From Pseudomonadota bacterium (lineage in GTDB: Bacteria; Bdellovibrionota_B; Oligoflexia; Silvanigrellales; Silvanigrellaceae): a DNA stretch of 64,000 nucleotides. A model generated the notes under the pieces. It did no database searches and was not told the origin of the DNA. It saw nothing but the letters and a program-made list of their open reading frames with translations. Shown here in pieces: positions 1 to 9,491 of the stretch. The stretch is from positions 76,802 to 140,801 of the forward strand of contig JBDLRP010000034.1 of the NCBI GenBank assembly GCA_039799905.1. The letters are read 5' to 3'. The position numbers and the translations under genes were made by a program. Position 1 is the first letter of the stretch. The number at the start of each line of letters is the position of its first letter.

Positions 1-1062
1 ACGAAGCGTTCCAATCTCCTTAGAACGCTCAAGAACACTCATGGTCATGGAGTCTGAAACGGTCAGCGTGACAACACTGACTGCGAGGGTGAGGAAAAAA
101 GCACTCATCACATATATAAGGTTCATGAACCCTGCATAGAACGGATTTACTGACAATTCACGGTAGTGATGAACCTCGAGGTCAAGTCCAGCGCTGCGCA
201 GAGCATTGTCGAGTTTTCTTGCGGCGGTTTCCGGGATTTCGTCCCACGGAAGATGGACGATGATGTTTGTGACTGTGTCGGTTTCGAAAAGTCTCTGCAA
301 AGCTTCGAGTGGAATGACAGCCGAAGATTCCTCAAGGAGTTCGAGGCCGCTTGAGTAATGGCCGACGATTTCTCCGTCGAGGGCGGAAAAGTCGTTTTTA
401 TAGGTGCGGGCTGCCAATTGGATGTTGGTGTCCGCATCGATTTTACTCTGCACAGACTCACTGCTGCAATCGAGTGAAACATTTTGTGTTGTCGCGTCGG
501 CGCCGGGCCTAGTGGTGTAGAGTCTGCTTTTTCCAAGGTTTCTGGCCACTTTTTGGGTTACGATGACAGGTGTGATTGCTGAATGCATCCACAGGCCGCT
601 CCCCAGTCGCGCGTCGAGAATTTCTCGGGCAAAGTTCTGGACAGCCGGATGTTCTGTGAGTTTTTTTTCGATAGCGGGTTCGACGCCGAGCACTTTGACA
701 GGCCATGTTTTGCAGCCGTTTCCGATCAGGGTGAAGCCATGCAGAGTCGCACTCACGGCCTCGGCGTTTGGAAAGACCTCGCCGACAACCTGTCTGACGC
801 GTGTCTGTTCCTCGGCGTTCAGATTGTATTTTTTCGGTCGCAGCAGATGCCTTTCTACGCCATCAGGCTTGTAGATGGAAATCGTACCTACGTGATTGAG
901 GTAAACGGAGGTTGCCCTGAAGAATTTTTCAATGCGAACGACAAATCCGCTCAGCAGCACGAGTCCCGCGAAGCCAAGAATAATGGCACTCGCAGTGGCA
1001 GCGTTGCGCCTTCGGTTGCGTCCGAGGTTGCGCGCAGCGAGGGTTAATTGCTTCCAAAACAT
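1..1062 (-). CDS. ABC transporter permease, FtsX/LolE/MacB family (3' end runs off the left edge)
   Basis: Not in the ORF track because it has no stop in the window. Manual translation from ATG at 1062 gives MFWKQLTLAARNLGRNRRRNAATASAIILGFAGLVLLSGF...DSMTMSVLERSKEIGTLR; the LAxRNLxRNRRR start and ERxxEIGTLR motif are FtsX-family hallmarks. Confidence 0.9.
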   Translation of the reverse strand, partial: MFWKQLTLAARNLGRNRRRNAATASAIILGFAGLVLLSGFVVRIEKFFRATSVYLNHVGTISIYKPDGVERHLLRPKKYNLNAEEQTRVRQVVGEVFPNAEAVSATLHGFTLIGNGCKTWPVKVLGVEPAIEKKLTEHPAVQNFAREILDARLGSGLWMHSAITPVIVTQKVARNLGKSRLYTTRPGADATTQNVSLDCSSESVQSKIDADTNIQLAARTYKNDFSALDGEIVGHYSSGLELLEESSAVIPLEALQRLFETDTVTNIIVHLPWDEIPETAARKLDNALRSAGLDLEVHHYRELSVNPFYAGFMNLIYVMSAFFLTLAVSVVTLTVSDSMTMSVLERSKEIGTLR

Positions 1063-1280
1063 CGGATTTTCCCCGAGTGACACTGTGATTTTAGCAGGAG
1101 AAGCGAGCACAGCTCTGCAAATATTTCCTGTCCGATTTGTGAGCTGACGGAAAGACTGCTGAAATGTCCTGACAAAACCTCGTCATGGCGGTCGATCTGC
1201 GTGCTCCGAAAGATTGGCCCATCCATTACAATGAGAGAAGGTGTGGGGGAGAGCGAACAAAATTGAAATGCATTGCTCAA

Positions 1281-2873
1281 ATGCAGTTTGTCTGTTGGGT
1301 ATTGGCGGTCACGTTGTCGATGCCGGTTGGTGGATCAACCTCGCTCGCGCAGGATTTTGATCCCTTTGCGACAGAACAGCTGCCAGAGCGGGGTGCAACA
1401 GCACCCGCATTGAAGCCGAAAGCAGAACCCGCATTGAAGCCGACAGCAGAACCTGCATTGAAGCCGACAGCAGAACCCGAATTGAAGCCGACAGCAGAGC
1501 CTGCGTTGAAGCCGACAGCAGCGCCTGCCCCGAAGCCCGTGAGTAAACCAAAAGTGAAAGTAAAAAAGCCAGGAAGTTCTGTTCCAGCTTCGACAAAAAA
1601 AATCGAGAAGATTGCCCCGCCTCCGGAAGCCCCCCCTCCCGAAACGGGCAACTTTCAGCTGAGTGTTGGGCTCGAGAACACGATGACCGTCAGCGGTCTA
1701 AAAACAGCTCTCGATTTCGCTAAATACACGGAAAACTCAGTGTTGTTTCCGTTTTTAGATATCAATAACCAGTTAAGACCAACCTTCAAATTAACATCCG
1801 GCAGCGCGTTCAGGATCAATGCGCGTCCATTTTTGGAGATCCGTCATAACCAGTTTTTTCTCTCCTCGGGAGTGAACAAGCAGGAAACAAAAATCTCGGC
1901 AGATGCCGGAGAATCAACATTTTCGGTGAGACCATCCAATCAGGTGGAATTGACAGTCGGGCAGGAAAGCTTTCAATGGGGCACTGGTGAATTGGCGAGC
2001 CCGTCGAATTGGATTTATCGCCCCACTCAGTTGGCGGAATCGGTGAGCCGCAATCCGCAGACTGTTGTCAGCACGAGAAAAACGTCCCGACTGAATGCGA
2101 GCATCGGGCAATTCTTCAATTTTGTGACAATCGCCGAGTATGAGAGTGAACAAAGGGCACTTCCGGCAATCTTTTCCGGCAGACGTTTTTTGCTGAAATC
2201 TGAATTCGCGTGGAATTCGGGAGTGGATTACGTCGGTCTTGTGGTTGGCGGTGCCGAGAAGATTGGCGCGCCTTTTCTGGGCCAGTATTTTTCACTGAGT
2301 GTGGATGACTCGCTCCGCATTTATGGCGAATCTGGTCACTATCAGGGAAGTGATGTCTTGAAACCTGTCGAGTTGAACCTGCCTTCAGCGTTTGGGAATG
2401 AAAAAACCGTTGTCTTTGCCCAGCCCGAGTTAACTTCAAGGAAGTTTAATCACGAAATCTTAGTGGGCATACGCTACGATATTCTTGACGGTACGGAGCT
2501 CAGACTCGAAGGATATTCCAACAGCGCCGGATATTCATTGTCAGAGATGAGACTTGCAAACGACGTGCAGAAGCAATCGTCTCCGCTGTTTCCACTGTTT
2601 TATTCTCCGAACACCGAAATTCGTTCGCAGAGAAGCATTCTGCTGGCATTGCGAAAAGCAAACTTCGGTAGAAAGAGAAATATCACTGCATTGATTCGCT
2701 ACTGGAAACCTGTTTTTGACACTTCGGGTGGTGCAGTGCTGTATGGTGAATATGGCTTCAATGACAATCTGCTTCTCTTTGCGGCCGCCGGAGGATATCA
2801 CGGTCCGCTTGTTTCAGAGGCAGGGTTGCCAAACCGTTTTGTTGTTTTGATGGGGCAAAAGTATGTTTGGTGA
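1281..2873 (+). CDS. Putative outer-membrane beta-barrel protein with N-terminal Pro/Ala/Lys-rich repeat linker
   Basis: Signal-peptide-like MQFVCWVLAVTLSMPVGGSTSLA-QD (TTG at 1263 is an alternative start); amphipathic beta-strand pattern; aromatic C-terminus (MGQKYVW); overlaps the ABC ATPase start. Confidence 0.65.
   Translation: MQFVCWVLAVTLSMPVGGSTSLAQDFDPFATEQLPERGATAPALKPKAEPALKPTAEPALKPTAEPELKPTAEPALKPTAAPAPKPVSKPKVKVKKPGSSVPASTKKIEKIAPPPEAPPPETGNFQLSVGLENTMTVSGLKTALDFAKYTENSVLFPFLDINNQLRPTFKLTSGSAFRINARPFLEIRHNQFFLSSGVNKQETKISADAGESTFSVRPSNQVELTVGQESFQWGTGELASPSNWIYRPTQLAESVSRNPQTVVSTRKTSRLNASIGQFFNFVTIAEYESEQRALPAIFSGRRFLLKSEFAWNSGVDYVGLVVGGAEKIGAPFLGQYFSLSVDDSLRIYGESGHYQGSDVLKPVELNLPSAFGNEKTVVFAQPELTSRKFNHEILVGIRYDILDGTELRLEGYSNSAGYSLSEMRLANDVQKQSSPLFPLFYSPNTEIRSQRSILLALRKANFGRKRNITALIRYWKPVFDTSGGAVLYGEYGFNDNLLLFAAAGGYHGPLVSEAGLPNRFVVLMGQKYVW
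1404..1538 (+). repeat. In-frame 24-bp tandem repeat, 5 copies plus a degenerate partial sixth, encoding (PALKPTAE)n
   Basis: Units of about cccgcattgaagccgacagcagaa start at 1404, 1428, 1452, 1476 and 1500, with no spacers. Confidence 0.95.
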
Positions 2874-3588
2874 GATTCCACTGCTGGAGCTGAAATCTGT
2901 CCATAAGTCTTATGAATTGGGTAAAACCATGACGCCTGCGTTGCGCGGTGTCGACCTGACGCTTCGCGCTGGTGATTTTACGGCTATTGTGGGGGCATCC
3001 GGCTCAGGCAAGAGCACTTTGTTGAACATGGTGGGTTGCATCGATCAACCGGACTCCGGTGAGGTGATGTTGCAAGGTCGTTCGGTTCTGAGTCTGAGCG
3101 ACGATGAACGAAGTCGACTCAGAAACGAGAAGATCGGATTTATCTTTCAGACGTTCAATTTGATTCCCGTGCTGAGTGTCTTCGACAATATCGAGTTGCC
3201 GCTGACGATCCAGAAATCAGTCAGTACGGTCGCAAGGCGACAGCGTGTGCTGGAGGCTCTTGAACGAGTCGGTTTGCTTGAGTTTTCGAACCAGTTGCCG
3301 GATCGTCTTTCCGGTGGTCAGCGACAAAGGGTTGCCATAGCCCGCGCTCTGGTAACCCGGCCGAGTCTGGTTCTTGCAGATGAGCCAACTGCAAATCTCG
3401 ATTCTGTCACCGCTCACAGGATCATTGATCTCATGCTGCAAATCAATGAACAAACTCAGGTGACATTTCTGTTTTCAACACACGACGAAAAACTGATGAG
3501 CCGGGTTAAAAACATCGTCAGGATTCAAGACGGACGAATAGTCGCTGGAGTTCATGCCGAAAATAATGCTTTGGTCAATGCATCCTGA
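2863..3588 (+). CDS. ABC transporter ATP-binding protein, LolD/MacB-like
   Basis: Walker A GASGSGKST, signature [15 protein letters not shown], Walker B LVLADEPTANLD, H-loop STHD. Confidence 0.95.
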   Translation: MFGEIPLLELKSVHKSYELGKTMTPALRGVDLTLRAGDFTAIVGASGSGKSTLLNMVGCIDQPDSGEVMLQGRSVLSLSDDERSRLRNEKIGFIFQTFNLIPVLSVFDNIELPLTIQKSVSTVARRQRVLEALERVGLLEFSNQLPDRLSGGQRQRVAIARALVTRPSLVLADEPTANLDSVTAHRIIDLMLQINEQTQVTFLFSTHDEKLMSRVKNIVRIQDGRIVAGVHAENNALVNAS

Positions 3589-3596
3589 GGGGAGTC

Positions 3597-4370
3597 TTGA
3601 TGATGCCGAGCAGTGCGTTTTTTATTTTGGTCACAAAATTCTCGTTTGTTGCGGCTGCTTTATCTTCCCTGCCTGCTGAAGGCAAAGTGGATCAGGACTT
3701 TGTCAATGAATTGATGCGTGCTTCCGACCAATACCGCGGCGGGCTGAAGGTTGGTGTCACGTGGAATATCACAATTGACTCCATTGAAGACGACGAAAAG
3801 TCGACCTCTAAATACATGGTGCGCGCAAAGGCAATGAACGCACTTGCAGAGTGCCTCAATCCGCCTCGCTGCAAGGGGGAGATTTTTTTGTTCAACAATC
3901 GCAATCTGTGGTTCCTGAAAAGCGGCGTCAAGAAACCGGTTTCCATATCACCACGCCAGCGGTTGAGCGGACAGGTTGCCAACGGCGATATTGCCGCGAC
4001 AAATTATGCGCGCGATTATCAGGCTGATTTTGAAAAGGAAGAGGATTTCTCTGGTCAGAGTGCGGTGGTTCTCTTGTTGAAGGCCAAAGAAAAAAACGTC
4101 ACCTACGACCAAATCCGCTACTGGGTTGCAAAAAAAACGAAACTAGCTCTGAGAGCGGATTTTCTCACTCTGCAGGGCGAGGTGATTAAGTCGGCGACGT
4201 TTGAATATAAAAACAGTCTGGTCAGCGATGGTAAGAAAATTCCATTTGTCAGTTCAATGAAGATTAACGACGCAGCGTTTCCAAAAAACGTCACCACAAT
4301 AAAATACGAGTCGCCGAGGGAACAATTCCACGACGACTCGGTATTTAACATCAACAATGTGGGACGTTAG
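3597..4370 (+). CDS. Outer membrane lipoprotein-sorting protein (LolA-like)
   Basis: Signal peptide; KPVSISPRQRLSGQVANGDIAATNYARDY and TYDQIRYWV motifs typical of LolA-like proteins encoded with LolD/LolE-type ABC genes. Confidence 0.8.
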   Translation: MMMPSSAFFILVTKFSFVAAALSSLPAEGKVDQDFVNELMRASDQYRGGLKVGVTWNITIDSIEDDEKSTSKYMVRAKAMNALAECLNPPRCKGEIFLFNNRNLWFLKSGVKKPVSISPRQRLSGQVANGDIAATNYARDYQADFEKEEDFSGQSAVVLLLKAKEKNVTYDQIRYWVAKKTKLALRADFLTLQGEVIKSATFEYKNSLVSDGKKIPFVSSMKINDAAFPKNVTTIKYESPREQFHDDSVFNINNVGR

Positions 4371-4379
4371 CGGTCAGCC

Positions 4380-5780
4380 TCAAAGTCCGATGGGCAGTTC
4401 AGGAACCCACAGAAGGGCCTCGTTTTCGGAAGGAATCACGCGCTCGTAAGGCGTTTCCATATCTGAAATGTCTTTATTCGCCTGTGCAATCGACTGAGCG
4501 ACAGACATCGTTCTCGACAACTCGGCAGCACGCAGGGCGCGATCGCGGTTGACGATTCCTGATGATTTCACTTTGTCTGCGAGCCAGTCACGCTTGTCGA
4601 CTGTTCCCATGATGATCCGCTTGAGGTCGTAGACGCTCAGATCAGGATTTTCGTCTTTGATAGCACCTGCAACCTGTGTCACATAGGGTGCCGCCTGACT
4701 GGTGCCGCTCAGAACAAGCTCACCGCCACCGGGTATTTCGGAGTTGATCCCGACACCTGGTGCAGCAACGTCGACCATCTGCCGGCCAAAGTTTGAAAAC
4801 GGCGCAAGCTTGCTGCGGCCAAGAGTTGCCGCGACCGTGATGCTGTTCGCCGCCCGTGCATTCGCCGGTGATGCCGGCTGAACGTCGTTGTCGGTTCCAT
4901 CGTTACCAGCTGCCATTACGAACAGCGTATTGGGCGCTAGCGCAACCCATTTGGTGGAGTTCTCGGCCATTTTGCCGACAAGGAATGCCGCATAGCGGTT
5001 GATTTCTTCGGCCGTCGGTTCGCGTCCGAAGAGTGCCTTGAGGATTGGCTTGACCAGATTGGAGGCCGCCGGGGTACTGATTCCGAGTGAGTAGTTTGCA
5101 ACGTCGGTCTTCTTGTCGTCGAGATAAAGTGCGACCTTCACAAATTGCGCGCTCTGCAACTCTGCGAGTTTGCTGAGTCCGGCCTTCAGACCTGCGTCAC
5201 GGACCATGGGCCAGATAGTGTCCCAGACCTTATTGAGAAAACGCGCCGCGGCACGGGCATTGTCGCCCAATCCGTATGCGGAGTTTGGTGCGAGTGGGTT
5301 CTCGGTTGGAATGAGCTTCACGCCAATGAGCTCAGTGTCCATATTCTTACGCGCGCTGATACCCGCGACGTGCGTGCCATGAACAAAGTTGCCAAAGATG
5401 GCGAGCTTTTTGCGGAATTCAGGTTTGTCGAGATTGTCTTTGAGCCAGGTCTTCTCGTCATCGGTGACGCTGCCTTCGATAATCTTCTTTTGGATTTCAA
5501 AAAACCGCGGAACTTCAATGGGGAAGGTATTCAGATACTTTGGGTCGAGGAGCAGGGGATTGTTCTCAACGAAGTTCCATCCATGAATGTCGTCGATGTA
5601 GCCGTCCTGTTCGTCGTCGAGGTTGTTCGCCGGAATTTCGCCTGGGTTGACCCAGATGCGGTTCGCGAAGTTGGGGTGTTTGACGTCGATACCAGAGTCC
5701 ACGATGCCGATGTTCGCAGCCTGAGCGCTGACGGCTGCTGCTCCTAGGACAAGCGCAAGTGCGGAGGATAAAACTCTCAT
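4380..5780 (-). CDS. Secreted subtilisin-like serine protease (peptidase S8)
   Basis: Signal peptide; catalytic Asp IVDSGID, His HGTHVAG, oxyanion AAGN, Ser SGTSQAAP; Ca-binding DDEQDGYIDDIHGWNF loop. Confidence 0.95.
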   Translation of the reverse strand: MRVLSSALALVLGAAAVSAQAANIGIVDSGIDVKHPNFANRIWVNPGEIPANNLDDEQDGYIDDIHGWNFVENNPLLLDPKYLNTFPIEVPRFFEIQKKIIEGSVTDDEKTWLKDNLDKPEFRKKLAIFGNFVHGTHVAGISARKNMDTELIGVKLIPTENPLAPNSAYGLGDNARAAARFLNKVWDTIWPMVRDAGLKAGLSKLAELQSAQFVKVALYLDDKKTDVANYSLGISTPAASNLVKPILKALFGREPTAEEINRYAAFLVGKMAENSTKWVALAPNTLFVMAAGNDGTDNDVQPASPANARAANSITVAATLGRSKLAPFSNFGRQMVDVAAPGVGINSEIPGGGELVLSGTSQAAPYVTQVAGAIKDENPDLSVYDLKRIIMGTVDKRDWLADKVKSSGIVNRDRALRAAELSRTMSVAQSIAQANKDISDMETPYERVIPSENEALLWVPELPIGL

Positions 5781-5976
5781 GGCGACTCCCTGTGAAGAGA
5801 ACTGTGACGGTTATTGGTCTGCGAACATTATCAGCATGAGACAGATTGGCAAGCGCTGGCTCTGAGATTGTTGAAATGCCGCAAGACAATACAATCATTA
5901 CAATTAAATTAATTAGTTTTTGTTTCTTAAACTTGAACCGACATCTCGACAGCATCAAGTGCCGGGGGTTCTTTTG

Positions 5977-8073
5977 ATGTTTAACTTGAGGGATTCATTA
6001 TCATTGCTGTTTTTTAACAAAAAAAACCGGTCATCAAACGATTCGAAACCAGCAGGAGGAGTACGCGAGGGCGGTTACCTCCTCATTCTTTTCAGTATTT
6101 TGTCCTTTGCGCTGATTTCGTTCTACCTGCTGGGGCAGAAAACAGTTCAGCCCGAGCCGTTGAGTTTTTCCTATTTCGTCGAGCCGATCGGCCGAGAGAT
6201 GTCGGTCGGCGAGGCTGCCGAAAAACTGCGGGCTGGTGAGTTTAAACCTTATGACAAGAGCAAAGAGACTCTTGAACTTGGGTATATGCGGGAGGGGGTC
6301 TGGGTTCTCATGCGATTCTCGAATCCGCCTGAGAGCACAGTCGATCGGTTCGTGTTGCAATTGCGTCATACGTATATAAACGGATCTTTTACCCCCTTGG
6401 CTGTCACGACAGGCAACGGCGGATTTGCTCTTGGCGAAACCATTCCTTTCAACGACAAACTCTTGCCGAGTACACAAGGATTTTACGACATCCGTCACGT
6501 TTCTTTTCCGCTCAGCGTTCAACCCGCGGGAGAATTTCGCGCATTGGTGCGCCTGCGCGCCCACGTGATGAGTGTTCCATTTCTAGTTTTGAGCGAGCGT
6601 GAGTTTCTCAGCTCGATCATTCGGGAAATGGTAGTGATGGCTTCGTTTTTTGGAGGACTGATGTTGCTTGCAGTGTACAACCTCATGGTTGGTGCCGCAC
6701 GCAGGGAAGTTGAGTTCATTTTTTACGGATTCTACGTTTCATTCATCAGTCTGATGATTGCCGCCATCAACGGCAGCGGGCATATGTTTATTTGGCCGGA
6801 TTTACTTTGGCTTCACTATAATTCGGCAAATATTTTAACCAATCTGTGCTGCATCAGCTACCTCGCCTTCACACTGGCTTTGTTTCGCGGCGCTCCGATG
6901 CAAGCGTGGGAGAGGGGTGTCTGGCGCGGTTTGCTCGGCGTCTGTTTTGCAGGATTGCTTCTTCAGGTTTTTGAGGGTGGTTTTTTCGCGTCAATACAGG
7001 CAAATCTGGCCGTACTTGCAACCCTATGTCTTTCGCTCGTGAGGGCCTGGAGGGTGAGGCCAGTGTTCGGACGACTTGCCAATCTGTTTCTCATTTCCGA
7101 GGGAATGCTTTTCATTGGTGCGGGTGTTTACTGCATTAAGATGTTCGGCTGGCTGCCCTCAACTCCTTTCACCATTAATATTGTTACGCTGGCCGCGACT
7201 CTGGAGGGAATTCTATTGTCCTTCGTTCTATCTGAAAAAATGCGCAGGACGATGTCGGAAAAGGAACACGCGCTGGGGCAACTCGCCGAGGCACAGAAGC
7301 ATCTGGAGGCAAGCGTTCGCGACCGTACGCTTGCGTTGGCCGCACGATATACCTCACACGAGGTGCTCAATCCGGTCTTTGCACTGCGATTGAAGGCCGA
7401 AAGAATACGCGATGAAATTTTGCTTGGTGCCAGCGAAGACGAAGTTCGCAACTTTCCCCCGGCGTCGTCGATTCTCAAGAAAGTCGGAGAAATGTTTCGG
7501 CTGATTGATTCAATTATCCATACGATCAGAGCTATCAAAACACTTTCCGGAGATGGTCTGCGGGAGGAGGTTCAGGCAGTCAGCATCGAGGCGGCACTCG
7601 ACGATGCTCTTCGCATGCTCGAGGCAAAAACGCTGAGTGTTCGACCCGAGATTACCGCCGACTTTCAGAATGATGCGCGTGTATTTGCCCGGCGCAGTGA
7701 TGTCGTTCAAATTTTGATGAACCTCATCTCGAATTCCCTCGACGCCTTGGTGGAAAGCGAGCGGCCTTGGATAAAGGTCAACGCTCGTCTGGCGGTGAAC
7801 CAAAAGTCAGGTGAATCGAGTGTTTTGGAGATCAGCGTTTTGGACAGTGGTCAGGGGCCGCGCAAAGACATCCGTGACCAGCTTTTTAACGAAGGGGTCA
7901 GTACCAAGGACGCATCTCATGGGATGGGCTTGGGACTTGCCTTTTGTCAAAAACTTGCGCAGCGCAATGGTGGATTTGTCGGCTATGACGCTTCGCATCC
8001 GCAGACGAGATTTTTCTTTGTGCTTCCAGTTTTACTTGCAGACAGAGATGATCTCAGCCGACGTGCGGCCTGA
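5977..8073 (+). CDS. Sensor histidine kinase with 7TM-DISM extracellular and 7TM domains
   Basis: LELGY...VWVLMRF DISMED2-like region; FFGGLMLLAVYNL / FIFYGFYV / GSGHMFIWP 7TM block; H-box SHEVLNP, N-box QILMNLISNSLDA, G-boxes DSGQG and STK..GMGLGL. Start set at ATG 5977. Confidence 0.88.
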   Translation: MFNLRDSLSLLFFNKKNRSSNDSKPAGGVREGGYLLILFSILSFALISFYLLGQKTVQPEPLSFSYFVEPIGREMSVGEAAEKLRAGEFKPYDKSKETLELGYMREGVWVLMRFSNPPESTVDRFVLQLRHTYINGSFTPLAVTTGNGGFALGETIPFNDKLLPSTQGFYDIRHVSFPLSVQPAGEFRALVRLRAHVMSVPFLVLSEREFLSSIIREMVVMASFFGGLMLLAVYNLMVGAARREVEFIFYGFYVSFISLMIAAINGSGHMFIWPDLLWLHYNSANILTNLCCISYLAFTLALFRGAPMQAWERGVWRGLLGVCFAGLLLQVFEGGFFASIQANLAVLATLCLSLVRAWRVRPVFGRLANLFLISEGMLFIGAGVYCIKMFGWLPSTPFTINIVTLAATLEGILLSFVLSEKMRRTMSEKEHALGQLAEAQKHLEASVRDRTLALAARYTSHEVLNPVFALRLKAERIRDEILLGASEDEVRNFPPASSILKKVGEMFRLIDSIIHTIRAIKTLSGDGLREEVQAVSIEAALDDALRMLEAKTLSVRPEITADFQNDARVFARRSDVVQILMNLISNSLDALVESERPWIKVNARLAVNQKSGESSVLEISVLDSGQGPRKDIRDQLFNEGVSTKDASHGMGLGLAFCQKLAQRNGGFVGYDASHPQTRFFFVLPVLLADRDDLSRRAA

Positions 8074-8081
8074 TTCGCAGT

Positions 8082-9305
8082 TCAGAGGCGTCCTTTGAGC
8101 ATCAGGTTCCAATACAAAATCGGCATAAGTGTTTTATTGAAATGCCAAAGTGCGCGGCCTGTGGAAAAAGGATCACCGTAGAAGCTTGGCAACAGTTTTC
8201 CGTCGTAACCAATTTCAGGATGCATCGCCTGACCAACTTCAGTGAAGATTGGACAGCAGGAGTAACCATTGTAGTGCGCAGGAAGGGGAACCTGTGCCCC
8301 TTTTCGGAACAGTGAGACAATATTTTGGGCAACAACGCTGGCCTGCGCACGCGCAGCAGAACCCGTCTTGAGGGTCGGCAGTCCAGCGGCGTCGCCGAGC
8401 CCGAAAATGTTTATGTAGCGGGCATGCTGGAGAGTCAGCGGATGAACTTCAAGCCAGTTTTTGAATTGCCCATCCGCATGATGCAAATTTGACTCGATGA
8501 TGAACTGCGGCGCTTTCATTTGTGGTGTGATGTTTGCAAAATCATACTTGACGCTTTTTATTTTCCGCTCTGCCGCCGCTTCAGTTCGTGCTGTCAGTAT
8601 CAGCTCCTGATTGCGAGTGTCTATTTGCGTGACCTCGTGTTCGTACAAAACGTCGATTCCACGGTTGCGGGTCAGGTGGTTGATTTTTTGCGAGAAGCCC
8701 GGGATCCCAAAGAGATGAGAATAAGGCGTAATAAAAATGAGACGGGTCACATCGCGTGCGCCAGACTTTCTCAATATATCATCAGTCATATAGAGCATCT
8801 TGAGCGGTGCCGATGGACATTTCATCGGGGTTGAGGGAATCGCAAAAACCATCGTTCCACCCAGAAACTGCCCCACCAACGCGGAGCATTTTTCCAATTG
8901 GTTCGGGTCATAAACCGAACAGACGGGATGACGTCTGTCGTGAAGGGCCTCGTTCAATCCGGAGATCGCCTCGACGTCGAGTGTCAGGCCTGGTGCTACA
9001 ACTAGAGCACGGTATTGGATCTTTTCGCCGCCACTGAGGCTCACCTGTCGTTGGTCTGCATCGATGATCGAGACGGCATCTCGGATCCACTCGCATCCTT
9101 CGGGAATCACCGCCGACATTGGACGCTGACTGCTCTTGGCGTCAGACAAGCCGCTTGCAACAAGTGAGAAAGCCGGCTGGAAATAGTGGCTTCCAGAGGG
9201 GTCAACGATGGCAATTTTCAGCACTCGCAGTTCGCGCTTGAGGCGCGCTGCGACAGTGATACCGGCTGTGCCTCCACCAATGATGACAACGTCAAACCCC
9301 TTCAT
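8082..9305 (-). CDS. sqr: Sulfide:quinone oxidoreductase-like FAD-dependent oxidoreductase (type II-like)
   Basis: GGGTAG FAD motif, HYFQPAFSLV, KCPSAPLK and YNGYSCCP catalytic Cys motifs, TLQHARYINIFGLGD, C-terminal YWNLMLKG. Confidence 0.8.
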   Translation of the reverse strand: MKGFDVVIIGGGTAGITVAARLKRELRVLKIAIVDPSGSHYFQPAFSLVASGLSDAKSSQRPMSAVIPEGCEWIRDAVSIIDADQRQVSLSGGEKIQYRALVVAPGLTLDVEAISGLNEALHDRRHPVCSVYDPNQLEKCSALVGQFLGGTMVFAIPSTPMKCPSAPLKMLYMTDDILRKSGARDVTRLIFITPYSHLFGIPGFSQKINHLTRNRGIDVLYEHEVTQIDTRNQELILTARTEAAAERKIKSVKYDFANITPQMKAPQFIIESNLHHADGQFKNWLEVHPLTLQHARYINIFGLGDAAGLPTLKTGSAARAQASVVAQNIVSLFRKGAQVPLPAHYNGYSCCPIFTEVGQAMHPEIGYDGKLLPSFYGDPFSTGRALWHFNKTLMPILYWNLMLKGRL

Positions 9306-9491
9306 GATGCAATCCCCTCAAGTGTAGGGTTCGGTGTGGCAACAGGGCATAATAAATGAAGTTTTAATGTCCAGTTTTTCCCCCTATTTACGAGTTTCGT
9401 TTTGAGCCTGCCTTACTGCGGTTATTGTCACAAAAAAACCGTCAAGGTCGCCTCAACCGGCGGCGATACCTCCTTCACGCACGGAGGAAAT

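Noticed and set aside
147..1147. ORF-track entries such as 166..354 + and 583..1047 +
   Set aside because: They are shadows of the real minus-strand permease (1062 to <1).
1404..1538. 24-bp repeats as a CRISPR array
   Set aside because: No spacers, in-frame within a CDS, no cas genes.
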